Origin: a virus
Direction: 5' to 3' (one strand)
Length of the DNA: 64,000 bases
Virus record (IMG/VR): IMGVR_UViG_3300023117_000010
Location: 28,174-92,173 of that record
Shown here: positions 10,149 through 20,877 of the stretch, in pieces
Layout: the number at the start of each line of letters is the position of its first letter
How positions within the stretch are numbered: position 1 is the first letter of the stretch
Notes under the pieces: generated by a model
The model's input: only the letters and a program-made list of their open reading frames with translations
Told to the model about the DNA's origin: nothing
Databases searched by the model: none
Position numbers and translations under genes: made by a program

Positions 10149-10195
10149 TCTTATATCCAAACTGTAGTTTACAAATTTATTATATCAGATATAAT
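10149..10195 (-). promoter_or_regulatory. portal promoter region: TGATATAAT extended -10 inside palindrome ATTATATC-A-GATATAAT, plus TTGT-N14-ATATAAGA motif
   Basis: direct reading of the intergenic sequence. Confidence 0.5.
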
Positions 10196-10204
10196 AGTTT
10201 TTGT

Positions 10205-12631
10205 CTAACGCTCTTCATAAGGAGAGCGATAGACCTCATCGTATACTTCCTGTGGAGATTGGTGATCAAGGAAGTAATCGTCTTCGACACCTTGCTTCTT
10301 ATCTATCATATAATCTGCATATTCTATTGCAAGATCATGAGCATCATCTTCCCCATGCCCCTCTTCTATAAGTTCTGGATATCTTTCGTTGTAGTAGTCC
10401 ATCCATTCTTCGCTAGAATCTGATATTTTTCTAGAAGATTGCTTTGGGACATTATCCTCTTGCTTAACACCTTTACCATCCATCTTTGAACGGTCGGCTT
10501 CACCCTTGTACTTATCTTTATTCTTTTCAGTACGTTCATCGTTGTCAGCGTATGGGGCTTCGCCACCCGGCTGTACAAACTCACGAACATCTTCATACTC
10601 AGGGCCGGGGTCTTGATGTTCTACACCGATAGCCTTTGAAGTTTCTTCAACATTAATGTTGCGATACTTATCTCCTTCTTTGCCACCGATTTCCTTATCA
10701 ATGTTTACGCTATCTGAATCTTCAGAAGCAACAGGCAGGCCGGGCGCACTTACTTGAAGTTGAGCCATTTCGCCTACTGATTCTACAATAATTGAAGCGT
10801 ATTTTTCATTTAAGCCTTTATTCATGTAAACCTCTATTAATTTCTCTTCAATTGGAGTGAGTGAGGATGTGGCAGTTAAACCTTCCATCATCTTCTTTCT
10901 TCTTTTAGGATTCATTGTTTGATTTGGTGGCGGGTTTCCTTGTAGACCTTTTACCATTTGATCATTATTTCTACCGTCACCTTGTCCTCCAGCACCAGAC
11001 ATATCTTGTGTTATTTGATCGTCTGGATTATTATTGTTTACATTTGGGTTATTATTCATATTTGGAGGAAGTGGCCCTCTATCTGCATCAACTCCCTTTG
11101 AACGCAAAGGATAACCTTTTTGTCCATAAAGATTACTTCTCATAATATAGTCATGCCATGTTTGATTAGGAATTTCATACTGTTGTCTCTTATTGGCTCC
11201 AGCAGGATATGGGTCTGGTCTACCAACGGACTTTTCAACTTCTTGAAGAGGTTGGCGCCCGTCTGGACCTACTGGATATGATTGCCATCTTCTTTTGAGT
11301 TCATCCCAAATAGGACCACTGTATAACTGCATTGCTTCTTTTTTGATAAACTCGTCTTCAATTCCAATAAACTTTGAAACAGACGCTTCTCTAGTTGAGA
11401 TTCTTTGAGGATTAATTTCATAAGCAATTAAGTTTGCTTCTGTCATTAAATCTACTAGTTCATTTTTATTATTGCTATAAAATTCTCTAACTTCAGGACG
11501 CCTATCTCCTTTAAGAACTTCCCAGAGTTGTCTAGCAGCACTTGCAATTTTTTCATGAGCGCCTTCTGCGCTTGTTTCAGGGTTCATCCAATCTTCAACC
11601 CATTTGTCTGCAAGTTTAGAGTGACCAGACTGTTCTGCCATAGAAATTAATTTTTGACCGATAGGAAGAAGCGAGTTTTCTACACTCGCTTCTCTTTGTT
11701 TATCAATCAAATCCATGCCACATTGATCACACTTGCCTGAATGTCCTGTGTATTTAGAAATGTCTGACATTTCCATTTGACTTATTGGAGATAAAGAATC
11801 TTCCCATTCTAAATTATCTCCTGTCATTTCTTGAGCGCAATGAGGACAGAGGAAGTGATCGTTACCTTTGATCTGATAAGCAGCATAATTACCTGCACCA
11901 GCGGTCTTCTCTTCCTTATTTTCTTCATCAGTTTCTTCAGAAGACTTGTTGCGATTTCTCCACTTATCTCCGTGACCCGAGCGGTCCCAAAGTTCTTGAT
12001 GGAGTTCTTCTAGATCTTCACCCATAGGCTCTTCAAGTCTCTTTAATTGTTGAACAAGGTTTTTAATTTTATTCAGCAATTCTTCATCAGAAAGATCTTT
12101 ATGAGCAGAAGCAGTTCTGTCCCATTCTTCGTATTGATTAGGATCGTTTTCCCACATATCAGTTACAGGGCGAGATTCTACAGCCTCAACAAAAGAATCA
12201 ACTATCTCTCCATAAAGATCTACTTGATTTTGCATATCTAGTGAAGATAACTTTTGTTCCCAGTCTGTTGCTAACTCTTCAAATCCTGCTTCTTTCATTA
12301 CTTTAAGATAATCTTCAATACCCGGGGCAATAACTGGTCCTTCATTTTCTTCGGGCATAAAGTTCTCTGCATTTTTAGTTAAGTAAGAAACAGTGGCTTC
12401 GTAAACCATTTTAGGATCTACATCATATTGATAAGCAAACTTATCAGTAACGTCTTTAATTTCCTTTTCAATAATACTAACTCTGTTAACATTTTCATCA
12501 ATAAAGTTGCCAAACCTTTTTTCTGTTTCCATCTGAGATGCAAGGATAGCACTACGAGGATTTTTCTCTTTTGCGTCTGCTTGCATTTGCAATTCTATAT
12601 TTTCAAATAAATCGCTCATTATAGTAACCAT
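10205..12631 (-). CDS. large acidic multi-module protein, putative internal head protein (contains CxxC..CxxC zinc module)
   Basis: between portal and terminase; modules separated by RTAS/KTAG/REAS/KEA linkers. Confidence 0.6.
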   Translation of the reverse strand: MVTIMSDLFENIELQMQADAKEKNPRSAILASQMETEKRFGNFIDENVNRVSIIEKEIKDVTDKFAYQYDVDPKMVYEATVSYLTKNAENFMPEENEGPVIAPGIEDYLKVMKEAGFEELATDWEQKLSSLDMQNQVDLYGEIVDSFVEAVESRPVTDMWENDPNQYEEWDRTASAHKDLSDEELLNKIKNLVQQLKRLEEPMGEDLEELHQELWDRSGHGDKWRNRNKSSEETDEENKEEKTAGAGNYAAYQIKGNDHFLCPHCAQEMTGDNLEWEDSLSPISQMEMSDISKYTGHSGKCDQCGMDLIDKQREASVENSLLPIGQKLISMAEQSGHSKLADKWVEDWMNPETSAEGAHEKIASAARQLWEVLKGDRRPEVREFYSNNKNELVDLMTEANLIAYEINPQRISTREASVSKFIGIEDEFIKKEAMQLYSGPIWDELKRRWQSYPVGPDGRQPLQEVEKSVGRPDPYPAGANKRQQYEIPNQTWHDYIMRSNLYGQKGYPLRSKGVDADRGPLPPNMNNNPNVNNNNPDDQITQDMSGAGGQGDGRNNDQMVKGLQGNPPPNQTMNPKRRKKMMEGLTATSSLTPIEEKLIEVYMNKGLNEKYASIIVESVGEMAQLQVSAPGLPVASEDSDSVNIDKEIGGKEGDKYRNINVEETSKAIGVEHQDPGPEYEDVREFVQPGGEAPYADNDERTEKNKDKYKGEADRSKMDGKGVKQEDNVPKQSSRKISDSSEEWMDYYNERYPELIEEGHGEDDAHDLAIEYADYMIDKKQGVEDDYFLDHQSPQEVYDEVYRSPYEER

Positions 12632-15459
12632 CCTTCGTCTTCTTCATCATCATTTTTATAAAAATCAGAATTATTTAATCTTTCGTATGAATCCCAATAG
12701 TCTTTATATTTACCTTCTGGACTGTCTCTAAATTCATCATCTTTTCGCCACTGTTCTTCCATTTCTTCATGTTCTGCTCTATATAAAGGATCTTCTTCAA
12801 GTCGTCTTTCGTGTTCTTCATCCCAAGCCCTATTTGCGGCTTCCATTTCTGGAGTTATTTCACTATCTGAAAGTTCTCCAAGATATTCATTCAAAAGATC
12901 CATCAAACTTTTTTCTCCTGCGTAAGACTCAATTGCAAAATTATTAATACCGGGCAAAAGGTTTTCAAGTTCTTGAATAGAAGTTATATTATTATACTTA
13001 GGATTTAAGGACTGAATTTTTAGTACAGCATTTTGAATGGCTTCTTCTTGATTTAATCCCACTTCTTTTCCTCTTTTAATAATTCCATTAATAAGCATAA
13101 ATGCAACTTCTTCAGGCCCCCGAGAGGCAGTCTTAACATCTGCAACAACTTTTCTTCTGACATTTTCTACATTTTTCATAAATTCAGATATAAGATCTTG
13201 TCTCTTACCATCTTCTACAAAAGCAACCTTTTGTGAAAATTCATTAAATGCCATCTTAGCAACTTCTTGAGCATCGCTAAGAATTGATGTAGATAGATTA
13301 TTAACAAACCCAATTGAATCTGTAATTACTACCTGATTCCAATCAATTGAAGCGGCTTCTTTTTCCATCTCATCAGCAATAATAACCATAGATTCTCCAC
13401 CACCGGGACCGACTTGACTGCCGAGGGAGGCTTCTCTGGCAAATTCGTATTTCGGCAAAGAGTCTACATATTCTTGCTCGCCCATAAATTGATCATTAGA
13501 AAGGCTTGCTTGACAAAATAGGATTTCATTATTAATAGCATCTCTTGCTTCAACAAGCATTCCTACTTCGCCAACATTTTTAGTAATGGCAAGTTTATTA
13601 TTGATTTCGCTAAGTAAAGCGCGTGATTCCTTAATTCTATCTGAGTAAGTATTACGGTTCTTAGAATTCTGCAAAGAATCAAACCACTCTCCATCTAGAT
13701 GAGAGGTTATCTTAATAAATAAATCTTCGTTTGCAGAAGATACTTTTTGATCCTCTACAACTTCTACATCTTCAAGCATAAATTCATATTCGGAACCATT
13801 TTCAGATACAACACTTGCCATTTTGCCATACAGGGTTTCCCAAACATTTGAAACCTTGCCGACTCCGACGTTGGATCTGACAAATACTCCCGGTCTGATG
13901 GAAGGATCATCTTCCAACTTTAGTTTGTCAGCCACTTCATCTGCCTCCTGTTTATCAGCGCCTTCATTTTTTAATATTTCTACAATATCCCCTCTAGTCA
14001 TTTGAGGATCTTTTGCAACATAATCTTTTGCCATATCTTCAAAGAATCCATCCGAATCAGATTCAGCAAAAAAGTCTCCATCAGCAGTGTCACCCGGGGC
14101 ACTCATATATCCGCCACCAGTTCCGCTAAAATCGTTTGGACCGGGAGCGCCCTCTAAACTATCATTCAGACCACCCGGACCATCTATATCCATACCAGCA
14201 CTATATGGGAAATCTCCACTTGCACCCAAATCTAAATCTTCTGGGGCATCGCTTGGAGCGCCTGACATTTCTTCTTCACCCGCACCTTCTGCTCCATCTC
14301 TTGGAATAGCAGCAGCATGAGCCTCTTCATCAGAAGCCCCATTTTCTTTTAGAATTGTAATAATTTGATCTTTATCAACTCCAGAATCTTGTAGGGCTAA
14401 ACCAATTTCTCTCCATGATAGATCAACTGAAGTTTTTACACTTGAAAATCTCCAAGGCTCTTCATAGTAACGATCATAAAATTCTGGGTCTGCCCCCATA
14501 TACAAAAATTGTTTTTTATTACCCTCTTCGTCAAATTCTGGCTCTACAAGACGATTTTCAAACTTTTGTTTTTGTGAAGCCCAATATCTTTGAACATGAT
14601 CAATCATCCATTCCCAGATTTCTTGCCAATTAATCATATTTTCTTGAATAGCATGTTGAGGGTGTGTTTCTTCAACAGATTGATTATATGGCTCTACCGC
14701 CATATGCATTACTTCTTTTACAAAATCTTCTGGGTTTCTAATCATATGATTAGTGATCATAGCAAATAAAACATCATAGGGGCGAGAGCCGCCGTTCATT
14801 CCACCCATCATAATAGCCTCAACATCTGGGTTTAAGGCGTCCCCTTTGCCCATAATAAGATCTTTGATCATCTCTGTACTATCATTTGAGGCGGCTTCTT
14901 TAGCAAAAAGTTCTTTATTGAGTTGTGATATGGAGTTTTGAGAAACATCAAACTTTTCAAGGATATTTCTTAAAGTTTCAGGATTCATATTAGCCTTGTC
15001 TTCTTCAGCAGAATTGATTAATTCTTTAATTGCCTCTGGAGGAATATCGTCATATTTATAACCGGGATCAGCATAATCAGCATAAGCATTATCTTCATGA
15101 GGTTTTTCTGTAAACTTATTTACATCTTGATCACCTTCATCAAGATTAATATTTTTAATAGCATCTACGGCCTCATCTCTTAGATATCCTATTTCAAGTA
15201 ATTTATCTAAGATTTCTCCCATATCTATATTAGCCTCATACATGGCTTTGGCTGCTTGTAGTGCGTTTACCCCAGAAGACTTTAAGTTTTCTTTAATATG
15301 AGGATTTTCTTTAAATACAAGCATTATAGCCATTTTTGCTATTTTGGGATCAAAACCTGCTGCTACCATTTCATTTGAAATGTTACCAATATTACTATAT
15401 CTAATTTCGGGCAATTGACTAGCATAATTTATTGCGCTAGATAAATCGTATTTAGCCAT
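12619..15459 (-). CDS. large acidic multi-module protein, putative internal head protein
   Basis: KEAAS/KTS/KVSS/REAS/KTAS linkers; repeated helical-hairpin units. Confidence 0.6.
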   Translation of the reverse strand: MAKYDLSSAINYASQLPEIRYSNIGNISNEMVAAGFDPKIAKMAIMLVFKENPHIKENLKSSGVNALQAAKAMYEANIDMGEILDKLLEIGYLRDEAVDAIKNINLDEGDQDVNKFTEKPHEDNAYADYADPGYKYDDIPPEAIKELINSAEEDKANMNPETLRNILEKFDVSQNSISQLNKELFAKEAASNDSTEMIKDLIMGKGDALNPDVEAIMMGGMNGGSRPYDVLFAMITNHMIRNPEDFVKEVMHMAVEPYNQSVEETHPQHAIQENMINWQEIWEWMIDHVQRYWASQKQKFENRLVEPEFDEEGNKKQFLYMGADPEFYDRYYEEPWRFSSVKTSVDLSWREIGLALQDSGVDKDQIITILKENGASDEEAHAAAIPRDGAEGAGEEEMSGAPSDAPEDLDLGASGDFPYSAGMDIDGPGGLNDSLEGAPGPNDFSGTGGGYMSAPGDTADGDFFAESDSDGFFEDMAKDYVAKDPQMTRGDIVEILKNEGADKQEADEVADKLKLEDDPSIRPGVFVRSNVGVGKVSNVWETLYGKMASVVSENGSEYEFMLEDVEVVEDQKVSSANEDLFIKITSHLDGEWFDSLQNSKNRNTYSDRIKESRALLSEINNKLAITKNVGEVGMLVEARDAINNEILFCQASLSNDQFMGEQEYVDSLPKYEFAREASLGSQVGPGGGESMVIIADEMEKEAASIDWNQVVITDSIGFVNNLSTSILSDAQEVAKMAFNEFSQKVAFVEDGKRQDLISEFMKNVENVRRKVVADVKTASRGPEEVAFMLINGIIKRGKEVGLNQEEAIQNAVLKIQSLNPKYNNITSIQELENLLPGINNFAIESYAGEKSLMDLLNEYLGELSDSEITPEMEAANRAWDEEHERRLEEDPLYRAEHEEMEEQWRKDDEFRDSPEGKYKDYWDSYERLNNSDFYKNDDEEDEGWLL

Positions 15460-15492
15460 TAAGAATCCTTAAATAAATGCATTTACTACCAA

Positions 15493-17427
15493 TTATAGTG
15501 TCGGACGACGGGTTTTACTGTAACCGAACCTACTAGGAGTTTGTTTTGCACTTCTTGTTCTCATAGGTTTAGGCTTTTTTGAATAAAAATGAGCAAAAGA
15601 TTCGGGAGTTTCAGCACCGATTGCGTTTTTAGTATAACCTCCCATAGCACCCATCGCCATCCCCGAAGATAGACCTTCTAGATTAATAAAATCACCTACT
15701 AGGTAGTCTACAACTTCCATTAAACAGTCTGCGATATCCTTTGTGGTAACAGGACCAACATTTTGTTTTACGACACGATTTCCCTTTTGCTGCAAGAACT
15801 TTAATTCATTTTTAGTAAGTTCTAGAAGAGGAAAGTCAGCAGGAGCATGTACAAGACCTAAATTGATAGCAGTTTTAAATCTTTCCGCTCTAGCATAATT
15901 AAGTTTTTCAGTAGCGACAACCTCTCTAATCATAGTATCGCCAACTTGGTTTCTACGAGTCTGCTTTCTTAACCATTGAATTAAACCTTTTGATTGGAAT
16001 TGGTCGAAACTAAAATCTTTTGGTCTAAAATTAATAATATTTTCAAGAATTTCATCTTGAACATCCAAATAGTTAATAGTATGATCTGGAAAGTCAGCAG
16101 GAATCCACGCATGGATATAATCAAAAAATACATGAGGTACATTTCTTCCCTGATCATCTAAATGATGTTCAACATGCCCAATAGCAAGACCAAAATTAGC
16201 AGTAGTTGTTGAAGGGTCACAATGTCCCTTAAAAAGAACTTCTGGACCATAACCAGAACGATCTTGCTTTGTCTTTAATGTTCTTCCATTCCAAGTCTTA
16301 AACACATCGTCAACTTTATTAGGATCTAAGAATCCATCTACAACTTCTGCAAACTTGGAACGACGTTCAACTGAAAACTTTTCTGGGTTACGCTCTTCTT
16401 CAAGAGCCATTGCCTCATCCTCTACTGGAGAAAGCACGATTGCATTTTTAAATCTTCTTTCGGGATCTTTGTCCCAATCTTTATACAATTCCCAAGAAGG
16501 AAATTGAAAACCCATCATTCTATAGTCCAAAATTTCAGAAGACTTTTGTTCTTGTTCAGGCAAAATATCCATTGCAACAAGATAATTATTATAAAACTTA
16601 CCGACTTTTGTATATGGAGAAGAATTTTCAAAGATAAGAGCATCTTCTTTAAACTGGTCAAGAGCGGGTCGCGCTGCTTCTATGATTTCATCTGCTCCCG
16701 ATTTACTATTAATTCCTTCCATCATGTGAGCCATCTCATCCATAATAAGAACCATTGTAGCCTCTCCACGAATAGTAGAAGCGTTAGCAGCCGATGGTTT
16801 TATTCTAATCGAAGCCAAATCGCGTTCACTTTTAAAAGCACTTCTTGCTTTTAGTTGATTTGCTTTTTCAATATCTGCGGGAGTCATGAGACTAATTTCT
16901 TTTTCAAGAAATTTAGACCAATAAGGTTTTAATGCATCGCATGATGTGATAGATCCTGTGATATCTGCAAACTGATATCTTTTTGCTTGGTCTTCTGATG
17001 CAGCAATCGTTGTTACCCAAATTGCTTTATCTCGGTCAATACCATACTTATCTTGAGGATTGTCCATGTTAATTAAATCATAAATCTTTTTAGCAACGGC
17101 AAGACCTGTTATGTGGCCCTTAGAAGAACGACGCCCTCCAATCAACATCACTTCTCTAAAATGATTATATCCACGGTCCCTTAGAATTCCAACTCTTTCT
17201 CTTATCTGCGGAGAAAGCATAACTTCGCCAGACTTATTATAAACCCATTCGTCAAGGATATCTTCCTCAAAAGGAGTAAGTTCTTCTAAAAAGATTAATT
17301 TTAATAAAACTCTTTGTCTTGGATAAAGAGGTTTATTACAGTACTCATCTGATTCAGCAAATTCTACAATTGAAACTTTCTTGTCTTTAAGATTTAAAGA
17401 AAAGAAATCAATAAGATCAGTTCCCAT
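15493..17427 (-). CDS. terL: terminase large subunit
   Basis: LYPRQ adenine motif, GGRRSSKG Walker A, LIMDEMAH Walker B, SSP coupling motif, HCDP and FDQFQS nuclease motifs, KDIAD. Confidence 0.92.
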   Translation of the reverse strand: MGTDLIDFFSLNLKDKKVSIVEFAESDEYCNKPLYPRQRVLLKLIFLEELTPFEEDILDEWVYNKSGEVMLSPQIRERVGILRDRGYNHFREVMLIGGRRSSKGHITGLAVAKKIYDLINMDNPQDKYGIDRDKAIWVTTIAASEDQAKRYQFADITGSITSCDALKPYWSKFLEKEISLMTPADIEKANQLKARSAFKSERDLASIRIKPSAANASTIRGEATMVLIMDEMAHMMEGINSKSGADEIIEAARPALDQFKEDALIFENSSPYTKVGKFYNNYLVAMDILPEQEQKSSEILDYRMMGFQFPSWELYKDWDKDPERRFKNAIVLSPVEDEAMALEEERNPEKFSVERRSKFAEVVDGFLDPNKVDDVFKTWNGRTLKTKQDRSGYGPEVLFKGHCDPSTTTANFGLAIGHVEHHLDDQGRNVPHVFFDYIHAWIPADFPDHTINYLDVQDEILENIINFRPKDFSFDQFQSKGLIQWLRKQTRRNQVGDTMIREVVATEKLNYARAERFKTAINLGLVHAPADFPLLELTKNELKFLQQKGNRVVKQNVGPVTTKDIADCLMEVVDYLVGDFINLEGLSSGMAMGAMGGYTKNAIGAETPESFAHFYSKKPKPMRTRSAKQTPSRFGYSKTRRPTL

Positions 17428-17759
17428 TATTCAATTTCCTCAATGTCTTCATTTAATTCTTTTGCTTTCTTGACTTCATACTGCTTTTTATCGAAATCAA
17501 AGCCAGATATAGGATCAACCCGATCAATTATATTAACAATAAGTTTCGGGTAGTCATCTCCTTCTTCAAGGTGCCAATCTGCGTCTGCTTCAAACCCGGC
17601 GTCATGAAGTTTACCTTCTAACTCAACAATCATATTCCACATATTTTCAAAGTTACCAGTGGCATCTTTATATTTATATTCAATTCTGCCAACCACATCT
17701 TTGATTTTTATAATCTCTTCATCATAAAGATTAATCGCACTACTCTGTTCCATCATCAA
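17427..17759 (-). CDS. hypothetical protein, 110 aa
   Basis: ORF coupled to terL. Confidence 0.65.
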   Translation of the reverse strand: MMMEQSSAINLYDEEIIKIKDVVGRIEYKYKDATGNFENMWNMIVELEGKLHDAGFEADADWHLEEGDDYPKLIVNIIDRVDPISGFDFDKKQYEVKKAKELNEDIEEIE

Positions 17760-18465
17760 CCTCTTCCTGTTCTACTGTGACTATTTCTTTATAGTCACCC
17801 AAATCTTGTGGCATTTCTGGCTCTCCTACGGAAGCCTTAGTATTCTCTGCTTCAATGGCTAAAGTCTCTCCTTGAGCAATTTCTTTTGCTCTTGCCGCTA
17901 CTTCAGCATGTAGTTCTGGAGGGACTATTTCCCTAATTGCTTGAACCATTGACTTAACTTGAAGCATCATCTTTTCTTCAAGAACAGAATACCCTCCACT
18001 CATTAATTCTTCACGCAATTCAATTGCTTTAATAATATCTTTAGGTTCTACATGAAAGTCTTCATATATTAATTGATCCCATCCTTTTTGAATAAAAACA
18101 TCTAAGTAAGCCTTCCCAGAAATAATTCGAATATCATTTTCGGCATTTGCCTTTTCATATTCTTCTGCATGTTTATCAATAATCGCACGATAAGCAGACT
18201 TTTCTAAATTAAGATGAGATTCTTTATGCCGTTGCACAGAACGATAACTAATATCTTCTCCTGCTGATTGCAAAGACTCAGCAATTTTGCGAACACTAAA
18301 TCCACGAATTAACATCATATCAACATTAACGCGCCATTTAGATTGACATACTTTACAACGACTAGATGTGAAAACATCAAAGAGTTCATTATCTCCTGCT
18401 GCTGGTAGTTTTCCTCCATCTTTATTATTCTTTTTTTCTGGCTTATTATTTGGAATCTTTGGCAT
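17740..18465 (-). CDS. putative terminase small subunit / HTH protein
   Basis: RCKVC followed by HTH and SVQRHKESH; position upstream of terL. Confidence 0.55.
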   Translation of the reverse strand: MPKIPNNKPEKKNNKDGGKLPAAGDNELFDVFTSSRCKVCQSKWRVNVDMMLIRGFSVRKIAESLQSAGEDISYRSVQRHKESHLNLEKSAYRAIIDKHAEEYEKANAENDIRIISGKAYLDVFIQKGWDQLIYEDFHVEPKDIIKAIELREELMSGGYSVLEEKMMLQVKSMVQAIREIVPPELHAEVAARAKEIAQGETLAIEAENTKASVGEPEMPQDLGDYKEIVTVEQEEVDDGTE

Positions 18466-18471
18466 AATTAA

Positions 18472-18822
18472 TTACCTATAAAAACTTGCACCATTAACTT
18501 TACGCTGATGTTCGCTGTTAACTTTGCGACCTTCAGGATGAGTTCTATTATACATTCCTTGTTCTACAGAAGGATCTGGCACCCCACTATTAGGATAGAT
18601 TTCTCTCCTATACCTAGTTCTCATATGTTCTTTAAAAAGAATAGGATTCTTATGATGAATTCTGTTACCTGCTCTTACATCTGCTTTTAAGATCATATCG
18701 GTAATGTAATCTAATTGAGCAGGAGTTAGAGTAGGATCATTAATATCAAATTCATAATATTCTTCTTCAAAAGTTAAATCTTCAAATTTATTATTAACTT
18801 CTTCACTCATCAGACTCTCCAA
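18472..18822 (-). CDS. hypothetical protein, 116 aa
   Basis: ORF track. Confidence 0.65.
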   Translation of the reverse strand: MESLMSEEVNNKFEDLTFEEEYYEFDINDPTLTPAQLDYITDMILKADVRAGNRIHHKNPILFKEHMRTRYRREIYPNSGVPDPSVEQGMYNRTHPEGRKVNSEHQRKVNGASFYR

Positions 18823-19141
18823 AGTATATATCCGCTAACTGCTTTGATGCCGCTTCAACATACTGCCCGACAGACACTGTAGTTATACCCATAATTTCAG
18901 CAACATCTTTTTGTTTTTTATCTAAAATAACATTTAAATAAAAAGCCTGTTTCTTTCTTGGACTCAATTCATTAAGACCCATTCCTAAGTCATAAAAAGA
19001 AATTGCAACATTTTGATGTTCAATTACTGTTTCCCCAGTTGACCTAACATACTCTCTAAATTGCATATAGTTTCTATACAATTCTCTCATAACTTTATGC
19101 TTACTAACTGGTTCTATTTTTCTTTTTTTAGACTTTTTCAT
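18803..19141 (-). CDS. sigma-70 region 4-like HTH protein
   Basis: LNELSPRKKQAFYL...QKDVAEIMGITTVSV. Confidence 0.75.
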   Translation of the reverse strand: MKKSKKRKIEPVSKHKVMRELYRNYMQFREYVRSTGETVIEHQNVAISFYDLGMGLNELSPRKKQAFYLNVILDKKQKDVAEIMGITTVSVGQYVEAASKQLADIYFGESDE

Positions 19142-19673
19142 TACTCTCCTTTACCTCAAAATGAAATCTAGGAAAGTAACTCATGCCAACAGCAATAGCG
19201 TCTGTTTCGTCAAAGGGTATATCAGTTAACTTCCGCCCCTGCACTATTTCAGGGTATTGATCTATAACTAATCGTCTGATAATTGCTTTACTTACTGAAG
19301 AATCTCCAGTTAAAACATTTTTAACTGATCTGGCAGATATATCTATCCACTCTAATTCATCTTCATATGCCATCACCTTACAAACTGCCATAACAGATAG
19401 AACTAATGGGACTTGTGGAGAAACACCAAAATTCCCTTTATTTGAAATTGGAGGAACAATTTCAGATATCACTCTTGTTATATTATTTTCTTCTAACAAG
19501 TCTCCAAACCAGTGGTACATATCATATATACCAGAATTTAAATACTCTTGATACTTTTCTTCTTTCTTTCTCTCTCTAGTTGAGTAGACTCCATGTTTTT
19601 TAATAACAGTACCTTCATCAAAGATACAATACCCGAATCTTTTAAATCCGGGGTCAATCGAAAGTAGTCTCAT
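19128..19673 (-). CDS. ruvC: RuvC-like Holliday junction resolvase
   Basis: LSIDPGFKRFG, VISE, DETDAIAVG catalytic motifs. Confidence 0.85.
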   Translation of the reverse strand: MRLLSIDPGFKRFGYCIFDEGTVIKKHGVYSTRERKKEEKYQEYLNSGIYDMYHWFGDLLEENNITRVISEIVPPISNKGNFGVSPQVPLVLSVMAVCKVMAYEDELEWIDISARSVKNVLTGDSSVSKAIIRRLVIDQYPEIVQGRKLTDIPFDETDAIAVGMSYFPRFHFEVKESNEKV

Positions 19674-20362
19674 TGGCTCCCCTCTGTAATTATTCGTTCC
19701 CAAACTCTAGTCCATTTTGCATATATGTCATCCAAAAGAGACTGATCATATTGAATGCTTATTTCTCTGATATCGTGAGCAGGTAAACCACCTTTACCGG
19801 GAGTTCCACCTTTCCTAATAGCAAGAATAAAAGCCTGATCTATTCCTGTCCAATGCATATAGCAATTTAATTGGGCTGTCCATTTTGCTAATGTTGGAGG
19901 ATAGGGGCCAGTATCAAATTCAATATCGTTCATAGTTTTCATATCCACTATAAACGTTCCTTTGTTTGGGAATTCTGCAATGGTATCTACAGTGCCCTTC
20001 CCTGTCCATCCAGATTCATGATGATATGTATATGTTCTTTCTACATTTTCTGGTTTTGCATAACCCATATCAACAATAATATTTTGATAGTAAGCGTGCC
20101 AGAAATGACCACAATCAAAGACTCTTCTTAATCCTGCTGATATTCTTTTAGACTCTTTTCCTGTAAGCCTTTTGTATAATTCTTCCTCTGAAGCAAAGCA
20201 ATCACCAGAAGGGTGAAAACATTGATCTGGTTCTTTGCGACGATCATTTTCTATTTCAATGATCCATTTGTCAGGGAATTCCCCCTTATTCTGATACATC
20301 TCAATTCTAGAGGCTAAGATACTTCCATCTGACAATTTTTTCATGAGTTTAGTGTCTAACAT
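19670..20362 (-). CDS. Cas4-like PD-(D/E)XK exonuclease
   Basis: FHPS..C, G...H, GTVD, IVDMKT, QLNCYM. Confidence 0.8.
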   Translation of the reverse strand: MLDTKLMKKLSDGSILASRIEMYQNKGEFPDKWIIEIENDRRKEPDQCFHPSGDCFASEEELYKRLTGKESKRISAGLRRVFDCGHFWHAYYQNIIVDMGYAKPENVERTYTYHHESGWTGKGTVDTIAEFPNKGTFIVDMKTMNDIEFDTGPYPPTLAKWTAQLNCYMHWTGIDQAFILAIRKGGTPGKGGLPAHDIREISIQYDQSLLDDIYAKWTRVWERIITEGSQ

Positions 20363-20708
20363 CTTCCACCATTTCTAAGTCATCGTGAATTGATCTAACT
20401 ACTAAATCAATCATTTTGCCAGACTCATCTTCAAACCGTATAAACATACATGGCCTCCTGCCTTGTTCTTGCGCTTCTTCAACAATTTTATTCCAAGTCT
20501 CTTTTTTAATAGAAAAAGATTTCTTTTCAGTTGTTTTACATTCAGCAGTATAATTATACGTTTCTATTTCAAAACGAACATCTCCCCGATCTACCCAAGA
20601 AGCCCCGGATGATGGAGAGCGCTTTCCTTTATACATTTTTGCTATATAGTTTTCATGATTTTGCGCTCTAAGCGTTTTTGTTTTACTCAAGATTTTGTCC
20701 CCCATCAT
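20349..20708 (-). CDS. PD-(D/E)XK Holliday-junction-resolvase-like endonuclease
   Basis: E..IA, PSSGA, GDV, AECKTT motifs. Confidence 0.75.
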   Translation of the reverse strand: MMGDKILSKTKTLRAQNHENYIAKMYKGKRSPSSGASWVDRGDVRFEIETYNYTAECKTTEKKSFSIKKETWNKIVEEAQEQGRRPCMFIRFEDESGKMIDLVVRSIHDDLEMVEDVRH

Positions 20709-20877
20709 CTGCCCAATTTAATAGTTGGGTTGGATAATCTTCTGTCCAATACTTGTTTTCTTTTTTATATTCTATTAACATATTATCATAATTTGAGTTT
20801 TTTGTTAAGTTTTTAAAAAATTTTAAAGTATTTTTATTTATTTCTTTTATCTGGCTAGAGTCATAATAATAAATCAT
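20683..20877 (-). CDS. hypothetical protein, 64 aa
   Basis: ATGA coupling to recA. Confidence 0.5.
   Translation of the reverse strand: MIYYYDSSQIKEINKNTLKFFKNLTKNSNYDNMLIEYKKENKYWTEDYPTQLLNWADDGGQNLE

Noticed and set aside
19670-20362. Cas4-like gene as part of a CRISPR-Cas system
   Set aside because: No array or other cas genes; it sits in a RecA/RuvC recombination module, usual for phages.
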